A DNA stretch of 54,954 nt from Caecitellus pseudoparvulus (GCA_965644315.1 CBFFRQ010000171.1:1-54954), one strand, 5' to 3'; numbered from the stretch's first letter, positions 31,441 through 43,714 are shown. Notes: generated from the letters alone by a model not told the origin. A program made the numbers and translations.

Positions 31441-34378
31441 ATGGCAGGCCAAGATGGGGACATTGTGGGAATCTCCACGAGAGATGGGAGGGTCACTGTG
31501 GAAGTCGATGATGAGAAGCTCCAGCAGTTCGGGCAGCTGAAGGCCATTGGTATGTGCGGAAGTAGGCCAAGAAACGGCCGCAAGGCGCCCCACCCAATGG
31601 CTTCAAGCCTTGCGCAGGAAAGGGAAAGTTCTCCACTGTGTTCCGGGCAAAGCACACCGCGACAGGTGACTTTGTGGCGCTGAAGCGCATTCAAATCTTC
31701 AACATGATGGACGAAAAGTCTCGGTGGGTGCTGCCTGGCGCTGGCGTGGTGCCTTGCTGCACTTTGCCGCTGTAGCGTGCCGCAGGGAAAAGTGCTTGAA
31801 GGAGATCCACTTGGTGCAGTCAGTTTCTCACCGGAACATCATTGCCTTCCATGACGCATTCATCGTCAACAAAGAGCTCTGGCTGGTCTTTGAGTACGCA
31901 GAGGCTGGTGACCTGAAGCGCCAGCTGCGCAAAGCACGGTGCGTGCGCCCAGCGTCTGCAGCCTCGCCTGAGCCCAGCACGGGCCCCATCCCGCCGACCA
32001 GCACTGACCCTGAAAGCATACCCCACCCCACCGGCTCGCGTGCAGGGAGCGCAATGCGCGGTTCGACGAGCGCGTGATATGGAAGTACTTTAGCCAAGTT
32101 GCAGCAGGTGCGTGCCCGGCGCTTGCCTCGCCCTGCATGCCACGCTACAGAGGTATCTGCGCGATGGCCCTTCACAGCTGTTGCACACATGCACGAGCGA
32201 CACGTGATGCACCGCGACTTGAAACCTGCCAACATCTTCCTCACCCTGAATGGGACTGTGAAGGTGGGCGACTTGGGCCTGGGCCGGTACCTGTCAGAGC
32301 ACACCCTGGAAGCCTTTAGCAAGGTAGGCACACCTCTGTACATGTCCCCTGAAGTGCTGCAGGGCAAGGGGTATGACTACAAGAGTGACGTGTGGAGCTT
32401 GGGCTGTGTGCTGTACGAGCTGGCCATGCTCATCTCCCCCTTCAAGGAGGAGGGCCTGAACCTGTACGGACTGTTCCAGAAGATCTCCAAGGGCACGTAC
32501 CCGGGCATCTCCACGCTGTACTCCACTGAGCTGCAGGACCTGGTCGCCCGCATGCTCAGCAGCGACCCCGCGGCGCGCCCCGACATGGGGGAAGTCACCC
32601 GCATCTCCTGCGCACTGCTGGAGCGCTTCGAGCAGCAGCGGCAGGCTGACCGGGCTGCCGCCCCGCCTGCATCCACTCCGGCAGGCGGAACAGCTGCCGC
32701 AGAAACAGTTGCTCAGCAGCAAGCACCTGACCCCGAGCAGGCTGCCGCTGCCGAAGTCGCAGCCGCCGCTGCCGCAGACGCTGCAGGGCCCGGCGAAGGC
32801 AAGACTGGCGACGGCAGCACCCCAACGCAGCCTACTGCAGGGGCCTCCCGTGGTCAGGCTGGGAGATCGGAACGGCAGGGAGGCGCTGGGAGTGGCGTGG
32901 CAGTGCACGCGCCTGAGGCTGCACCTGGCAGTGACCCTGCCACGACGCCCGTTGCACGTGGTGGCGCTGCGTCAGTTCCTCGTACCAGCCCGCCCAAGGG
33001 CTTCGTCGGGGAGTTGCTTGCGCAGCGCGACGCTCTGGCGCTCAGTGCACGTGCCGTCAGTCGCCTGCAGTGCCTCGGGTATGAGGTGGGGTGGGCGGCA
33101 GCCTTGGACACGCCGCCCCTGCCGCCGTACTACTTCGCAGTTCCTGATGCTGTCGGCGCTGCTGGAAGCACTGTCGCGCAGTTCCACACATTTGCATCCC
33201 TGGTGAGCTGGTGCTTGAGTATCTTGCGCGACCCACCCCGTTCTCGTGGTGCCACCTCCGTTTTAGGTCGCGCAACTGCCGATTGCATTGCATGGGGGCC
33301 GGAGGGCAAGTACGGCCCGCCAAATGTCATGGGAGATGCGGTTTGCCGCAGTTTGCAGGAGGCTGCGGGCGCACCGGCGGCGCTGGTGGATGCTTGCCTT
33401 CCACGGGACGTCGCGGCAGGCCACGGACTGGCAGTGGCGCGGTTGCTGGACTTTGCGGCACACAGCGCCCTCACTCACATAGGCTGGCGCTGGGAGGCGC
33501 CAGCCTTTCCTCCCTCGGGCGACGGCGTGGAGGAGGACGAGGGCGCTGGGCAGGAGGTGGATGGGGCTGACGGTGGTGTGGCGGAGGCGGTGGTGGGCGG
33601 CGACGGCGCCGTGGACAGCGACGAGGATGTGTTGTTCTCCGAGGAGCGCAAGACAGACCATGACGCAGGCGTTGGTGACACTGCGCGGAGGGATTTTGTC
33701 CGCTCCAATGTGTCCCCACAGGCGTGGAGCAAGGAGGTGGAGCGTGTCAAACGCAGCATTGCAGCCCGCCTCCGCAGCATGGGGTTGGTTGACGTCACCG
33801 CAGCGGCGCAAGCGGGTGGAGGCGGCTGGCGAGCCCACTTTGCAGCCACGCAGGCCAACCACGAGCGCTTGCAGCGCAGTCAGCCCAAGGACGGGCTGGC
33901 CACCGGCGCTGCGCTGGCCGCACTGGAGCGCTCAGGTGCAGGTGCAGGGGACGCGGCGGAACGCATTCGCTCAGCGGAAACCCGCATCAACGCAGAACAC
34001 AGCGGGGACGGCGGTGTCATCGGCCAGTACCGCACGCTACACGAGCAAGCCGTTACCCTGCGCGAAACAGTGCAGGCGTTGAGCGCGCAAGTGGAGGAGG
34101 GTGCAACGCATTTGGCCGAGCTGGGGGAGGAGGTGGAGGCGCTGGAGGAGGCTGTAGCAGCCCGTGGAGACAGTGTGTCTGACGCCTCCCCCTTGCAGCG
34201 CATCCGCACCGCTCTCGCTGCCCTGCGCAAGGAGAAGCAAGGCCTGGGCGTGCGACTGGGCATCGCTCTGCAGCGATGGGAGGCTGCCTGCGCCAGGGCA
34301 GCTGAAGAAAAGCGCCAGGCCGCGCGCAAGGGAGCACATGATTCAGACTTGGAGTTTGAGGATGAGGAGGCACCGTGA
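31441..34378 (+). CDS. NEK6/7-like NIMA kinase fused to an IFT57 (HIPPI)-like domain; four short introns
   Basis: Introns ~31550-31617, 31724-31785, 31939-32045, 32108-32177 give IGKGKFSTVFRA..VALKRIQIFNMMDEKSREKCLKEI..HRDLKPANIF..GDLGLGR..VGTPLYMSPE. Same final exon continues into YYFAVP..QFHTFASLVSW..WSKEVERV..WRAH..ERIRSAETRIN..SVSDASPLQRIR, typical IFT57 blocks. Confidence 0.88.
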
Positions 34379-34628
34379 TGCTCCCTTTGCCGTCCGCCTG
34401 GGATGCATGGCGGGCAGGTAGGTGCCCCTTGCCCCTAGCCAGCATCCCCCCCTCCTCGCACAGCCAGATTAAACCTTGGCTGCTCACAACTCTGAGGCAC
34501 CACAGCACACGCAGTGATTCTGTTACAAATGTACGTTTTCTTGATCGTGCTCGCCACTCTCCCAGCTCGCGACCTTGGCTGCGCTTTGGCAGGCTGGAAA
34601 GGGTGCATGCAATTTCCGCTCACCGGCC

Positions 34629-37600
34629 ATGGCCCAGTCTCCGCCCAGGTCTGCCGAAAAGGTCGGTCTGGGGCACTTGGAGGCCCTGGACAAACTTGTG
34701 CAGCAAGTCAGGGCCCTTGTTGACGAAGCCGCCCAGCAGGCATGGCAGGGCCAAGCTGAAGCCACACGGCAGTTGGCCGTGGCAAGGGCAGGCTCGCTGG
34801 ACTTTGCCTGGCCAGCAGCTCTTGGCCTGGGCTTTGCCCTGCTCCTTGGGCTGAGTGGGGACGCTTCTTACGCATTCCCATGCGCGTTACTGCTTGTCAT
34901 GGCGGCAGCCAACATGGCCCTCGTGCTGGGCCGCAGTCGCACGCTTAGGTGGGAGAGCTTGACACGGGCGGGCTTGGCGGTGCTGCGCCTGCAGCAGCAG
35001 CTGATCAGCGCCAAGGCCGGCGCCCCCGGCCCCCAGGCACCAGACAGCGTCGACGAGACTGTCTGGCGAATGCTGCAGCCCCTCATTCCAGAGTCAGGCC
35101 ACGTGCCCAAAGCCGTCGCGCACTCCCTCGTGTACCGAGGGGGATCCTGGGTCCACCTGCCCATCCACTTGCTCGTGGCGGGAGATGTCATCACACTCAG
35201 TGCAGGGGCTGCCACACCGGCAAAAGTGGTGTGCTTGGATGACCCCTTCGCACCCGACCTGGCCAAGCACCCCCCCCTGCGCTTGCGAGGCGGCACGCAG
35301 GTGCCCAATTTGTGGGCCGCCGCTGTGAAGGCCAACAGGGCGCAGCGCAAGCCTGAAGGACCTCCTCCCGCACCACGGCAGCCTGAGCCACAGCAGAGAC
35401 ACCAGCCGCGCTCGCGTTCGGTGCCTGTTGCTGCCCGTGACATTCTCACAGTGGCAGCAGACTCACGGAGGTGGCTGGTGCTGGAAACCCCCCTGCTGGC
35501 GCTGCTGCGTGCTGAGCTGCATGCGCCCCCTGTGCCTGAGCCATTGTTCATGCAGCAGCTGCGGTCGACTGTTGCAGCGGTGCACTTCACTCTGGTGTGC
35601 CTGGCGGGCTTGACGTTGCTGCTGTCTTCAGTGCGCGCGTTGCTTGCCCGCGCAGTGAGTGGGCACCCTGACGGCACGTTTAGCGGGGCTGGATTCACGG
35701 GCTGGCTGCCCGAAATTTGTATACCTGCAATGGCTGTGTGCGCGCTGTCCCCTGTCATTTGGGCTCCATGGCTCACGGCGACCGCAGAGACACTCCTGAC
35801 TGCGCACATGTGCGCGTTGCTGGAGATCACCTCTGTCAGGCGGCAGTACCAGGCTTGGACGCGCCGAGCATCGGCGTACACCACCACAAACGCAGCCCAG
35901 CTGCACCACTCTTCGGAATGCGGGGTTGACTTTGCCGCGCTACAGCGAGCTGCAGCTAGCGAGCGGGAGCTGCGTTGTTGCGCCGTCTGCGTGGGCCGGC
36001 GCTGGCGCCGCCAAGGCCCTGCTCCCCGCAGCGGCACACCCACTCCCTCAGGTAGCACACGAGGGCTGCCCATTTCCCCGTCCGTGGCTGCTCGGTTCAT
36101 CACTGTTGAGAAGGGCACCGCAGGTGGCGACGACGACGGGGGCAGCTTGGACGACGGCGCTGCAGGGAGCGTCCCGGGCATCATTCGCCTTGCAAACAGC
36201 AAGTATGTGCAGGCTTTGAGCCTGCAGAGCAGCGTGGGTGGCCTGGATGGCACTGGCCGCCCTGTCCACGTCGAGTACTGGGCCGTGCACGCCGGTCAAC
36301 TCCTGGCAGACGGCGGCATTCCTTTCAAACAAGGCACCCGCGCAGTGCGGCAAGGTGCTCACAGCACGCCAGCTTTGCCCCTGCACCACCTTGTGCGCAT
36401 GGACCGCATCACACCCCCTCAGTGCTGTGACATGCTGCACACACTGGCACGGGCAGTTTTGTGCTGCCTCCCACCTCTCCCCATCGACCAGCCTCGCACT
36501 GCCGCCCAGCATGAAATCGACCGGCATGAAAGCGCGCGCACAGTGACCCATGTGCCCTGTGCTGTGGCCATTCTGTGCGCTCCGTGTCTGTTGTGTGGGG
36601 GCCACTCGCGAACCTCTTTAGCCGCTCGCTGCACTGCGGGCTGTGCATCTCGGTGGCAGGGCTGGACCACGCCCGTGTCTGAGTGGTGGTACCGCCTGCT
36701 CTTCCGCACATGCAGGTACAGGCCGGCGATTAGCCGGCTGTGGAACCCACTGAAGGATTCCAAACACGGCAAGATGTGGACCCTCGTGCCGTGGTCCCTT
36801 CTCGCCAAGTACTTGGGAGCAGTGGTGTCTGCCCGCGCGCCACACACCTTCCAGCACCTACCAACCCTGCGTGATGTGAACGAGAGTGCTCCCCATGCAC
36901 CGCGTCTTTGCTGCTGCTCGCCCAATCCCATTGCAGCGTACTTTGCCCGCCAGCTTGCATGGCAGAACGAGCGAGTGGGGCTGGGGCAACTGCGGGTGCA
37001 GCCACCCCTCCTCTCCGCTGGCGCCCTCACAGGCCTCGGCTCCACCACGACGTTTCTCGCAGGGGACAGGCCTGCGGTGTGCCAGGACACACCTTCCGCA
37101 GAGCACGTCCTGTTGCTGCGAGGCGGGCAGGAGCAACTCATCCTGGACGTGCAGCCTGACGAGGACGCACCACACGGGTTGAGGTTTGAAGACACCCGCT
37201 GGAAGCAGCACTTGCCTGCGTTGAAGCCCCTCGGCCTGGCAGCACTGGCTGGCGCGAGGTGCGCGGCGCCCCCTTCCCTCGAGGAGGAAGCCAAGGCTCT
37301 CAAGAAGGGATCCAGGCGCGCTCGGCATGCAGCCAAGCCACGAGAGGCGCCCTCCGCTGCCGCTTCCTCTGGCCCTTCCACCGCACCTCCCCCGAAAGAG
37401 GTGCCCCCTCCACCGCTGCCGTCGGAATTTCATAGCGGCAAGGATGGTGGGGCGGCGCTTGAAGCAGCCCCAGGCCGCAAAGAGTCTGATCAGTCGGGAT
37501 TCCTGGAGGCCTTGCTGCAAGCGGAAGATGCGGGAAGTGACTACGATAACGCTGGTGGCGGCAAGTCTACGTCAGATGTCTCTCCAGCTTTGTCCGCCGT

Positions 37601-40600
37601 ATCTGCCTCCCGCCAGCGCACCAGCTCCAGAGAAAGTGCTGGCGCGGGTGAGTGGCAGGAGGGCAAGGCGGGCGCAAGGCACGCTAGATCCCGGGGTGGT
37701 GGCCCGCCCACCTCCTCTGCCGACACATCCCCAGGCGTACCCACCTCTCGTGCACCACCTGCCCACCTTACATCGGCCGCATCGCCGTCAGCCCTGGAGC
37801 CCCCCTTGCCTCCCTCTGCACACGCTCCCGATGCCACAACGCCGGCCCAGCTAAGCGTGCAGAGGCTGGCACGGGCGCTGCAAGGCATTTCCTCCCGGCC
37901 CTGGCTGCTGGCCCTGGCCCGGGAGATGGGCTTCAACCAACACGACCTGGACACCTTTGCCCACTCCCGGCACCTGTTCACCCTAGTCACGGCCCGCCCA
38001 CCACGGGGACTGCGCAGGATGCACACGTTGCCCCTACCGCTGCCTCGCCACTCTGTCGTCGCAGGGCGGGCGCCTGCCTTGGAGGCAGTGCAAGAAGACG
38101 GCTTGGAGGCGGATGAACTGGCGGTGCTGCAGAACTCCCCGCCAGCCTGGCCTCTGCTGCCCGCCAACCCCGCCCTCGTGCCCTGCACACGCGTCACGTC
38201 CGCGCTGAAGCCCAGCCTCATCAGCACCGTGCTGCGGGACACGAGGGACTCTAGCTACCACATTGCCACCCTGGGCAGCGTGGAGCACGTCGTGAACGCG
38301 TGCAGTGAGTACTGGGACGGCACGGCGCTGTGGGAGTTCTCCCAGCCCCGCAAAGCTGCAGTGCTGGACACCTGTGCGCACTGGCAGCGCGAAGACATGT
38401 TCTGCGTCGCGCTTGCGTACGACCCAGTCTCCCGCCAGCAAGCAGCGATGGTGCGTGCTCTTGAAGGCCAAGCGGCTGTGGGCGGGACGGGGCGCGACAA
38501 GGCCCTGCTCAAGGCAGCTGCGCGGCCCCCCACTGACATCGGGCTGACTGGGCACGCCCGGGCCACCTTCCTCCTGCGCTCTCCCAAGGCTCGCAATGCG
38601 AGGGGGGCACGACACCCGACTGCTCCTGCTGCAGCAGCTCCTCTTTCCAGCCAGCCCACGCAGCGCACGGTGCCTCGTCTGTGTGCACCATCTGGCGCGC
38701 CTCGTGACCTGGAGTCCCGCCTGCACGCTATCCAAGCAGGGCAAGTCCTTGCAGGCGTGGTGGCTGCGCGGTACCAGCCCCGTTCGGGCATGCAGAGCCT
38801 GATCACAGACATCTCCTTTGCTGGCGTCCGCTTCGTCTTCGCATCCAGCCGCAACTACTTCAAGGTGCGCCCGTTGGCACAGAAGCTCGGCCTGGAGACG
38901 GGGTGGAATGCTGCCATTTCGCTGCGAGATCGCACAGGTGCCCGGGCACCCAAGGAGGAGACATTGACGGAGATCGTGCGGAAGCGGCAGTTGCAGGCTG
39001 CACAGGAGGGGCAGTCCGCGGCCACGCAGGAGGGCGAGGAGGAGGAGGAGGAGGACGCCGCCGACGCCCTCGCAGCGTTCTTTGCAGATGACGCCGACGC
39101 CGACGATGTGCTGCACACTGACGAGCCCCAGCAAAGCCTCGCTGGCTCCCGCAAGCGACGCGCTCTGCCTGCCGGCAGCAGCTCAGAGGACGACGCCCCC
39201 CAGCCACTGCAGCAGGCTGCCAGGGGGGTGGTAGTGCTAACTGACTCGCAGGCAGCAGAAGTGCGAGCGGGGTACAACGAGGCAGTGCAAGGCTGGGATG
39301 CCAAGGCGCAGCTGCCCCACGGCATTTCGGAGATCAGGGAGCACCTGGCCACGCTGGACAACGTGCCGCTGCTGGTGTCCATCCTGACTGACTGCACCCC
39401 CCTCACCATCGCAGGCATGGTGCGTGTCATGCAAGAGCACGGCGAGAGTGTGCTGGTACTGACCAGTGCTCTGCGCCGTGCCAGCAGCATGTTGCAGGGA
39501 GTGGCAGACGTGGGCGTGGCGCTGGCCCCCCCCCAACCCCGCCCCCGCCCCGATGACGCCACAGTGAACCCACTACTGGCCTTTGCCACCAGCCTCTCCT
39601 GCTTGAACTCGGCCTTCGTCCTGCCCCCCACCCCCTCGCAGCACTTGCTCGTGAAACCACTCCTTGCAGAGGCGCGCCAAGCCCGCATGAATTGGACGCA
39701 GGCAGCCGCGTGGAGCATCGCCTGCCTGAGCCTCTGTGCGGTGGCTGTGCTGGCTGCGGCTGTTCTGGGCTGGGCGGCGTTGTTTCCCACATGGACCTTA
39801 CTGACATTGTGCGCGTTCCTGGGGGTTCCCATCGGTGCAGCCCTCCTAGTCACGCCGCTGGAGCCGCCAGGCATGTCCAAGTTCCGCACACCGCCCAAAC
39901 GGGACGTCCCCGTGTGGGAACGAGACGCTTCGTGGGTGGGCCCGCTCACACCCGAGGAAGGCGCCGCCATCTTACAGGTGTCCACCGACGCTGCTCGCGC
40001 CCACGCCCAGCCGGCGAACCCTGCCACCCTCATGCGCATTGCACAGCGAAACGACGCCCTGGCGGGCATGGTGACTCACCCACTGGCCTTGCCGGGGCAG
40101 AGCGCCCCCTCCACTGGTCTGCCGCTGCGTGGGCTGCTGTGGAACGGCGTGGCACCCCGGGAGCGACTGGGTCCTGACGTGCCCCTGGCTGACCGCCTCG
40201 TGTCTCTGCAGGCGGCGCCGCCCCTGCCGCCCAAGTGGTGGCACCGGGTTGGCCTGCTGCTGTGCGGGGTGCTGCCTGGCGTGCTGTGGGCCATCACAGC
40301 TGCCGCGGTCTGCATGGACTCTCTGCATAGCCCCACGCAGGTCGCTACCGATGCCAGCGCTGCCAGCCTTGTCACCAGTCAGTCCTGGATGCACATTTCT
40401 GCGGCCAAAGCAGCGGCTTTCGTTCCTGGAGCGGTAAACGCCTCGTCGACGGGCACCTTCACATTGCAGCTGCGAGGCCCTGCACATGCCTGGAGTGGCT
40501 TCCCACTGGATGGTGCACGCGTTTCTGGGTGGCTGTTGGTGGACCAGGCAACTTGCGGCGCAGGCGGCCCTGCATTTGCCGGGCAGGTGTACGCGACTGC

Positions 40601-41081
40601 AGTGGGCCTGTCCCAGCTGCTGCTGTGGGGCAGCACCGCCTCGGCGCACTTCGTCTACCGCGGCCACCCCGTCGTGCACCTGCCCCCCATGTTGAACAGG
40701 CTGTGGCTCGCAGCAGTGGCGTTTGTGTTGGTGTGGGGAGCAGTTGCGCTGGAGGGGCTGGTACGTGTCCAGCTTGCTGCTTTTGACGCGGCCTGTGTCG
40801 AGGTGCAGGGGACGTTTGCCCTGACATATGCCGGATCTGAAGTGGCCCGCACCAATCTCAGCATTGCTGACGTGTTGGGCGACGCCAGCTCTGCGGCACA
40901 CCTGGTATGGCCACTGGCGGCGCCTTGGGGCTTGTGGATTGTGGCAGCCGCGTGGCACATTTGCCTGGGGAATGCCCTGTTCATCCAGATCAAAGACGTG
41001 GAGGCCACGAGCTATGAAACTGATCAGCGCTCTCGCCGCGCCTACTTTGACACTCGCCTGGGCATGTACTCACCGCGTTAG
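34629..41081 (+). CDS. TMEM94: TMEM94 (KIAA0195)-like P-type-ATPase-related membrane protein
   Basis: LPIHLLVAGDVI, FEDTRWKQHLPALKPLGL, KLGLETGWNAAISL, LPHGISEIREHLATLDNVPLLVS, C-terminal FDTRLGMYSPR; N- and C-terminal TM clusters. First ATG 34629. Confidence 0.88.
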   Translation: MAQSPPRSAEKVGLGHLEALDKLVQQVRALVDEAAQQAWQGQAEATRQLAVARAGSLDFAWPAALGLGFALLLGLSGDASYAFPCALLLVMAAANMALVLGRSRTLRWESLTRAGLAVLRLQQQLISAKAGAPGPQAPDSVDETVWRMLQPLIPESGHVPKAVAHSLVYRGGSWVHLPIHLLVAGDVITLSAGAATPAKVVCLDDPFAPDLAKHPPLRLRGGTQVPNLWAAAVKANRAQRKPEGPPPAPRQPEPQQRHQPRSRSVPVAARDILTVAADSRRWLVLETPLLALLRAELHAPPVPEPLFMQQLRSTVAAVHFTLVCLAGLTLLLSSVRALLARAVSGHPDGTFSGAGFTGWLPEICIPAMAVCALSPVIWAPWLTATAETLLTAHMCALLEITSVRRQYQAWTRRASAYTTTNAAQLHHSSECGVDFAALQRAAASERELRCCAVCVGRRWRRQGPAPRSGTPTPSGSTRGLPISPSVAARFITVEKGTAGGDDDGGSLDDGAAGSVPGIIRLANSKYVQALSLQSSVGGLDGTGRPVHVEYWAVHAGQLLADGGIPFKQGTRAVRQGAHSTPALPLHHLVRMDRITPPQCCDMLHTLARAVLCCLPPLPIDQPRTAAQHEIDRHESARTVTHVPCAVAILCAPCLLCGGHSRTSLAARCTAGCASRWQGWTTPVSEWWYRLLFRTCRYRPAISRLWNPLKDSKHGKMWTLVPWSLLAKYLGAVVSARAPHTFQHLPTLRDVNESAPHAPRLCCCSPNPIAAYFARQLAWQNERVGLGQLRVQPPLLSAGALTGLGSTTTFLAGDRPAVCQDTPSAEHVLLLRGGQEQLILDVQPDEDAPHGLRFEDTRWKQHLPALKPLGLAALAGARCAAPPSLEEEAKALKKGSRRARHAAKPREAPSAAASSGPSTAPPPKEVPPPPLPSEFHSGKDGGAALEAAPGRKESDQSGFLEALLQAEDAGSDYDNAGGGKSTSDVSPALSAVSASRQRTSSRESAGAGEWQEGKAGARHARSRGGGPPTSSADTSPGVPTSRAPPAHLTSAASPSALEPPLPPSAHAPDATTPAQLSVQRLARALQGISSRPWLLALAREMGFNQHDLDTFAHSRHLFTLVTARPPRGLRRMHTLPLPLPRHSVVAGRAPALEAVQEDGLEADELAVLQNSPPAWPLLPANPALVPCTRVTSALKPSLISTVLRDTRDSSYHIATLGSVEHVVNACSEYWDGTALWEFSQPRKAAVLDTCAHWQREDMFCVALAYDPVSRQQAAMVRALEGQAAVGGTGRDKALLKAAARPPTDIGLTGHARATFLLRSPKARNARGARHPTAPAAAAPLSSQPTQRTVPRLCAPSGAPRDLESRLHAIQAGQVLAGVVAARYQPRSGMQSLITDISFAGVRFVFASSRNYFKVRPLAQKLGLETGWNAAISLRDRTGARAPKEETLTEIVRKRQLQAAQEGQSAATQEGEEEEEEDAADALAAFFADDADADDVLHTDEPQQSLAGSRKRRALPAGSSSEDDAPQPLQQAARGVVVLTDSQAAEVRAGYNEAVQGWDAKAQLPHGISEIREHLATLDNVPLLVSILTDCTPLTIAGMVRVMQEHGESVLVLTSALRRASSMLQGVADVGVALAPPQPRPRPDDATVNPLLAFATSLSCLNSAFVLPPTPSQHLLVKPLLAEARQARMNWTQAAAWSIACLSLCAVAVLAAAVLGWAALFPTWTLLTLCAFLGVPIGAALLVTPLEPPGMSKFRTPPKRDVPVWERDASWVGPLTPEEGAAILQVSTDAARAHAQPANPATLMRIAQRNDALAGMVTHPLALPGQSAPSTGLPLRGLLWNGVAPRERLGPDVPLADRLVSLQAAPPLPPKWWHRVGLLLCGVLPGVLWAITAAAVCMDSLHSPTQVATDASAASLVTSQSWMHISAAKAAAFVPGAVNASSTGTFTLQLRGPAHAWSGFPLDGARVSGWLLVDQATCGAGGPAFAGQVYATAVGLSQLLLWGSTASAHFVYRGHPVVHLPPMLNRLWLAAVAFVLVWGAVALEGLVRVQLAAFDAACVEVQGTFALTYAGSEVARTNLSIADVLGDASSAAHLVWPLAAPWGLWIVAAAWHICLGNALFIQIKDVEATSYETDQRSRRAYFDTRLGMYSPR

Positions 41082-41399
41082 ACCTGCTGCGCTACTGGTG
41101 CTGAACCAGAGCGCTCTGGCGAGACCTGGGGCTCTGCTCCCCCCCTCCGGCCCACCATAGCAGCCGGACAGCAGGCATTGCCCCACTTTCATCACAATTT
41201 TTCGCTCAAAACACTTGAGTTTCTCTCGCGTGCGCCAGCATGTTCCACAATCTAGGCTTGCAGGCGTTCTTGCGGAATGCTGCAGCCAACGCCAGAGCTG
41301 CGCACAGGCTGCTGAACGGCACAGCGCACCGCTTGAGCACGTGGGCAGGCAAATACACACACAGCCAAGCACATTGTCACAAGACACCCCGAGATCACC

Positions 41400-43714
41400 A
41401 TGGCGTCCGCAGCGTACGGCAGCACGTCCCTTGAGACGACAGGACGGCCTGCGAAGCGGGAGCCAGCCACTGTTGCTGCGATCATCGATGAAGGCGGATT
41501 TGGCCGCTTCCAGTTCCAGCTCCTCGGGATGTTGGGACTTGCATGGATTGCAGACAGTATGGAAGTCATGATTGTGCGTCAGCAAGCCTGCGTCGGCTGA
41601 GCTGTGTCCCGGCTTGCGGCCTTGCGTCAAGTGCACTGCAGCACGGATCAGTTGAGGGCAGCTTGTGCTGCCCAGCACCGGCTGCGTGCGGTGGCATGCT
41701 CTGAAAAGAAGCACTGGCGGAAATTACTGGTGTCCTTGTTTTCGCACTCCTCGTACCTTCCTGCCTTCGCAGCTGTCCTTCCTCGGCCCAGAGCTGACGT
41801 GTGACTGGGGCATCTCATCCGCACAGGAAGGCCTCCTGACCACCATGGTCTTCTTGGGCATGATGCTGTGAGTGATGGCTGGGCCTCGCCTGCCCGCCGG
41901 CCACCTTTGTGCCGTCCGCCTTCCCCCACACTCTTGGCCTTTGCCCACTGCACAGTGGCGCCGCAGTGTGGGGGTACCTCGCTGACGAGTATGGACGCAA
42001 GGCAGTCATCCTGGGTGCCAGCACTCTCGTGCTGCTCTCTGCACTTGGCTCAGCTGCGACCTTGGACATTGCCGGGATGTTGGCAGCCCGTGGCATCATG
42101 GGCCTTGGCATTGGCGGCATCCCCGTCGCCTTCTCGCTGTTCATGGAGTACATCCCCTCCAACACACGTGGCATGTGGGGCGTCATCATTGACGGCATCT
42201 GGTGGGCGCTGGGCAGCATTGTGCAGGCGGGCCTGGCCTTTGCCATCTTGCCAGTGTTGGGGTGGAGGTGGCTGTTGGTCATCTCTTCCACGCCCCTAGC
42301 GCTGTTCGTCGTCATCTTCTACTTCTACGGCAAGGAGTCCCCGCGTTACCTGCTCAGTGTGGGCCGGGTGCAGGAGGCAGAGGCACTCCTGGACCACATG
42401 CTCCTCACAAACGGACGCCCAGACCTCATGGGCGTCACGCTCATCCCCTTTGCGGCACCGCAGGCGCCGGCACCGCGGCCAGAGCAGGGAGAGGCAAAGG
42501 GGGACCTCGCTGCCCTCATCACCCATGGAGCGGCCCCACACGAAGAGCCACAGGCACCCGCTGCTGACACGTCCACTGAACGCACAGCGCTGCACTCGAC
42601 AGCCTTGACGTCCGAGCCGGCAGACACCTCCCCCAGGCACGACGGGACACCGAGGGGCTGCTGCGCTGCTCTTTCCGATGCGTTTGCCCAAGTGGGCAAT
42701 TGCACCAAAGGCTTCTTCGGAGGGTTGCACGCCCTATTTGCGACAAGCGACATGGCGAGGCTCACAGCGGCCCTCTGGGTGCTGTGGCTATGCAACGCCA
42801 TCTGCTACTACGGCATTGTTCTCCTCGGCAGCGCGCTGAGCTTGTCGGACCACGAGGAGGGACTCTGCCACGGCAGTCACAGCAGTCTGCAGACGGGAGA
42901 CTTCATCGACCTCCTCATTCAGTCAGCCTCCGAGCTGCCCGGCACCTTCATCGCAGCGTGGGCCATTGACTTCTCAGGCCTTGGGCGCAAGTGGCTGCAA
43001 GCTGTCATGTTCGCAGCTGCAGGTGTGGCCTTCTTCCTCATCATTCCCTTCCAAACGGGATTCTTGCGCACGGCCATCCTCTTCATTGGGCGAGGTGCAG
43101 CGCTGGGGGTGTTTTTGGTCACCTACACGTATACCCCAGAAGTTTACCCGACACACCTGCGAACGACGGGTTTCGGCCTCGCCAATTCTTTCGCACGAAT
43201 CGGCGGCATGGTGGCGCCCTTCATTGGACAGACGCTCGTCACGAGCGGGCACATCGAAGCAGCAGCTGCCATTTTTGGCGGCTTCTGCCTGCTGGCAGTC
43301 GCAGCAGCAGCGTCCTTGAAGCATGAAACTGCGAACAAGACGCTGGAGGAGGCGGCGGGCCAGACTGCCGCAGCAAGCAACAATGGGCCGGCCCACCCGC
43401 ACTCCCCCCTGGATGAGCATGAGCAGCCGCATGGGAGTCTGGCGGCCCATGATGGAGTCGCTCCAGCAGCTGTTGCTCAGCTCCTGGAGGGCGTGCATGA
43501 GCCCGCCCAACCAGCTGGTGGAGACGTGGAAGCACCGTCGCCCCCCCGCGCCAGCAGCGTTTCAGACCTTGCAGTTGAAGTCGAAGACCGCAGTGGTGAG
43601 GAAGAAACGGAAGGCGGGACCGCCTCAGAAGATGGGCACAGCTCGGCTTCGGGCAGTGATACAGCTGGCAGCCAGCACTCTGGTGACCTCTCTGAACAGC
43701 TCCTGTCACCGTAG
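41400..43714 (+). CDS. MFS transporter, SV2/SVOP-like; two introns
   Basis: Exon 1 GFGRFQFQLL..WIADSMEVMI (GTGCGT donor ~41573), exon 2 LSFLGPELTCDW..LTTMVFLGMML (GTGAGT ~41868), exon 3 WGYLADEYGRK, ESPRYL, YTPEVYPTHLRTTGFG. Confidence 0.92.
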
